The translations under genes were made by a program, and so were the position numbers. Of a DNA stretch of 64,000 bases, positions 60,781 through 64,000 are shown one piece after another (the first letter of the stretch is position 1; each line of letters opens with the position of its first letter). The stretch comes from Schmidtea polychroa (Eukaryota), in contig CM097887.1 in the NCBI GenBank assembly GCA_044892525.1, positions 16,554,001 to 16,618,000 on the forward strand, in the 5' to 3' direction. The notes beneath the pieces were generated by a model. That model was given only the letters and a program-made list of their open reading frames with translations, was not told the DNA's origin and did no database searches.

Positions 60781-61428
60781 AGTAGGTAGTTATGTGCACT
60801 CTAGATCCATGTGCACTCTAGATCCAGATACCCCCCCCCCTTTTTTTTTTTTTTTTTTAATTTTTAAACCCCCCCCCCTACTTTTTTTTTTTTTTTTTTT
60901 TTTTAATTTTTTAAAAGACCCCCCCCCCCATATTTTTTTTTAAATTTAAATTTTTGTTTTAATTATCGATTACGTAATAATTTTATTTTTTGTTTTAATC
61001 ATCGATTACGTAATAATTTAAAATTTTTTTAAAACATCGATTACGTCATTGATTTTAATTTTTTATAAGAATTTTTTATGTCATTATACTTGAAATTTAA
61101 TTCTCTGTTAAATGAGACTATGATGTAATCAAAATTCTGAAATTTCATTTTTAGTACACGATTTTTAAATTTACACATCTTTTTAAACAAATTGAGATAT
61201 TTTCACTCAAACAATATATAGATAGAATTTTAATCTCTATAAAATGACATCAATATTTACTTCAAATTCATAATCATAACACCTTAAACAATGTATTTTT
61301 CAGCCAACTTTTACATACACACATATTTTCAACTTTTAAAAAATACAAATTAATCATCTATACTTAACTCATAGTAAATAATTATATTAAAAGACATATT
61401 AAAAGATGTATTAAAAACTAAACATTTA

Positions 61429-61902
61429 TTAAAATCCCAGAGAAATTCGAGCACTATCTAATTTCCAAATCGGTGATATGACATCTTTCTCATCCATTTT
61501 ATATCCCTGTATTGAAATATTTACAAACCAGCTTTCACCATCTTTATATTCAATTTCTTCAAAGGCATCATGAAAACGAGAATTTCGATTGTTGATGATT
61601 ATATTTCCATTGCAACTTAGATTCTTATTGATTTTCCCCAACACTTTATTTACTGCAACAACATCTTCTTTTGTTATATGAGCAATGAAACTTGAATATT
61701 GCGACTTGATCAATTTGACTGCATTTGAGAATTTATATGGAATTTCGTCTACCAAGAAATATATCTTATGGTTATGATACATTTGTACTGGTTTCACATC
61801 ATTCTTGGCATGCTTCGTCTCAGTTATTTTCTTAATTGGGCTTGTTTCTTTCAATAAATTAGAAAATGTTTTCTCACCAAAAACGTTCTTCTTGGATTGC
61901 AT
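61429..61902 (-). CDS. 157-aa ORF, possible SSB (copy 4)
   Basis: Identical protein to copy 1. Confidence 0.6.
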   Translation of the reverse strand: MQSKKNVFGEKTFSNLLKETSPIKKITETKHAKNDVKPVQMYHNHKIYFLVDEIPYKFSNAVKLIKSQYSSFIAHITKEDVVAVNKVLGKINKNLSCNGNIIINNRNSRFHDAFEEIEYKDGESWFVNISIQGYKMDEKDVISPIWKLDSARISLGF

Positions 61903-62260
61903 TTTTTAAAAATAATGACTATGATGTCATTTTATCTCTCTTTTATACTTGTGTATAACCAATCAAATGAATGCATTTGTATTGCAAACAACATGCATGT
62001 GTCATTGACCTTCGTGTGTGACCTTTGTATGTGACCTTTACATTTGTGACCTTTGTATGTGAGTCATACATGGTTTGCATATGTATTGCAGATGTATTGC
62101 AAATTAGTTAATTAAAACGTGTACTAATTAGTGTGATATTAAAAATATTATACTAATACATGTAACATAAAAATACTATAACAACATAAAAATAGTGTAC
62201 TATCACAAGTAACAATATAAAAATTTTGTAACGATTAAAAATAGAATGAAAACAAATTTT

Positions 62261-64000
62261 TTATATCATAAAATTTATTAATTGACAACCATCATCATTT
62301 GGAAAATGAGGATGATATTGCAAATCTTCATCTGGATCAACTATGGGCAGCAACATTTCTTCATCAGAATCATCAGCCATAACCATACCACCCCCCCTAT
62401 AATGACCATACGCATAACTTTTATTTTTAAGTACCCAATTGCGCTTATCGTCAGCATTAGTTAAAGCCCTCTTATTATTTTTAATACTGAAAAGTTGATG
62501 GTTTTTACTCGTTATCCTAAATTGTGGTACTGTATAAATCTCATTATTATTATAACAATTCAGATACGACTGATGAGTTAGTCCAGTATCTTTCATTGTG
62601 ACCCCCTTCGCTTTCATACATCCCTTACTACCCTTCATGCTATAACATTTTGGTCTTAAAAATATCCATTCATCATATCCAAGACCTTTGCTTTCATCTT
62701 TAAATTTCCCTATTACAGAGTCAAGGTTTTTTGAATATAATGAATGTGTTGGCTCGTAATTAGAGGTATCTAATAAATTATCCCTTATCATTGCGGGTAA
62801 AAGAGAATTTAATTTGCAATTTTTAATTTCCAAAAAGAACGAATCTGTATCCCCAGCAACTATATTAATTTTACAATTAAATTCTATACGATATTTTTCT
62901 AAATCAATGTACTGAAGTTGGTACATACGAAGTTTTGATAAATCCAAAACTGATTGACCAATATAACTTGGTCTATTTAAACATATTAAATCTTTTCTTA
63001 ATAGAACAGATATTAAGTCGTCATCGATTTTAGTAGTCCTTTTGAAATTAGGTTTAGAACAATATGTTAATACCTTTTGGGCTGAATTGCAAAGTCTTAA
63101 ATTAATTCGTTTCTTTAGGTTTTCGACAGTCTTACCGTATAGACTGTTGTTTAATAGTTTAAAATAATTTTTATCTAATGTGTTTGTTGATGATGCCCTA
63201 AGTTGTGTGTTAGTATCTATATAATTTTTAAATATTGATGACTGTTCAAATTGTATAGCGCGATGAATTTTAGTGACCTTTACCCCAATATTTAGATAAA
63301 GCTGGAGAAGTCTCCAATGAACTACATAATTCTTTTTAGGATAGTGGGTAAGCATCAACTTCTCCACTTTGGATCCTGGTGCACAGATCTTTTCAGCTGC
63401 AACAGGGAAATCGTCAAGCTTATCATGAATCGATTCTGGAATTTCCAAATCGACTTCAACAGTATAACCGAATGTGAGTAATTCCAAGTCAACATTCATA
63501 CAATCATCCAAAATCTTATTTAATTTTATTTCATCGTTAATCCACTTAAAATTACCATCTGGTAGTTTCTGGCTAAGTGCCCAACCATATAGGTTGTTAA
63601 TATCTATATAGAGCAACTCTGTGTTTTCATCTGATTTTACGTAATGTTTATTAACAAATGTTAATCCCCCTCGAATCCCACCCTCAAAGAAATTATAAAT
63701 CTCCATGTCTTGGATCAACTCAATTGGATGATCTAAAGTCATGAGTGCAGAGTTCCATGACATACCGGGAATGCCTAAAAAGTTTAAGGGTTCCAATCTG
63801 TTATGAGCTATTGATTTTGCTCTAAACTGTTGGAAATAGTCCGCAAGTAAAAAGACATCTAATTTTAAATATATCATCATGTAATCCAAAAGTGAATTAC
63901 AATTATGGTCATCCCAAATGCGCTGAGCCATATCATATTCTACTTCAGTAACACCATCCCAAATTGGAGGTAATTGGGGAGTTCCCTGAAGCACTTCTAA
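62261..64000 (-). CDS. polB: pPolB C-terminal 577+ aa, uninterrupted
   Basis: Motifs A/B/C intact, TGG where the other copies have TAG, and an in-frame acidic C-terminal tail. Confidence 0.93.
   Translation of the reverse strand, partial: LEVLQGTPQLPPIWDGVTEVEYDMAQRIWDDHNCNSLLDYMMIYLKLDVFLLADYFQQFRAKSIAHNRLEPLNFLGIPGMSWNSALMTLDHPIELIQDMEIYNFFEGGIRGGLTFVNKHYVKSDENTELLYIDINNLYGWALSQKLPDGNFKWINDEIKLNKILDDCMNVDLELLTFGYTVEVDLEIPESIHDKLDDFPVAAEKICAPGSKVEKLMLTHYPKKNYVVHWRLLQLYLNIGVKVTKIHRAIQFEQSSIFKNYIDTNTQLRASSTNTLDKNYFKLLNNSLYGKTVENLKKRINLRLCNSAQKVLTYCSKPNFKRTTKIDDDLISVLLRKDLICLNRPSYIGQSVLDLSKLRMYQLQYIDLEKYRIEFNCKINIVAGDTDSFFLEIKNCKLNSLLPAMIRDNLLDTSNYEPTHSLYSKNLDSVIGKFKDESKGLGYDEWIFLRPKCYSMKGSKGCMKAKGVTMKDTGLTHQSYLNCYNNNEIYTVPQFRITSKNHQLFSIKNNKRALTNADDKRNWVLKNKSYAYGHYRGGGMVMADDSDEEMLLPIVDPDEDLQYHPHFPNDDGCQLINFMI

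Larger units (their letters stand above)
60781..64000 (-). mobile_element. Second, independent insertion of the same Polinton family (left end; continues past the window)
   Basis: TIR AGTAGGTAG at 60781 with a different flank (ttccagta), followed by the 157-aa ORF and pPolB. Confidence 0.92.

Overview
This is AT-rich eukaryotic (invertebrate-like) DNA made almost entirely of mobile elements. The core is a ~12.5 kb Polinton/Maverick (adintovirus-like endogenous DNA virus) at 35000-47491. It carries pPolB, RVE integrase, A32-like ATPase, major and minor capsid proteins, an adenain-like protease and several small genes, and it is decaying through stops and frameshifts. The whole 19.4-52.7 kb interval is a scrambled mosaic of inverted and direct pieces of this Polinton plus ~4 kb of its right flank. 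The original 6-bp target-site duplication (CATAAT) is recoverable at 19016-19021 and 47492-47497. A second, independent insertion of the same family starts at 60781 inside a PABP-like RRM gene. Termini of probable other Polinton families sit at 12000 and 688. The duplicated flank holds a Gypsy remnant whose integrase C-terminus runs in frame into an intronless signal-peptide/FN3-like/TM glycoprotein ending in a PDZ-binding motif, plus the first exon of a secreted beta-lactamase-fold protein. The first 19 kb holds Penelope, hAT, MITE and LTR remnants and a small secreted acidic (VED)n ORF. Reading outside the ORF track revealed a 58-aa KKxV basic protein, a truncated TBP-like ORF and 46-51 nt spliceosomal-type introns in Polinton genes. 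All family calls rest on motif recognition by eye; no database searches were run.
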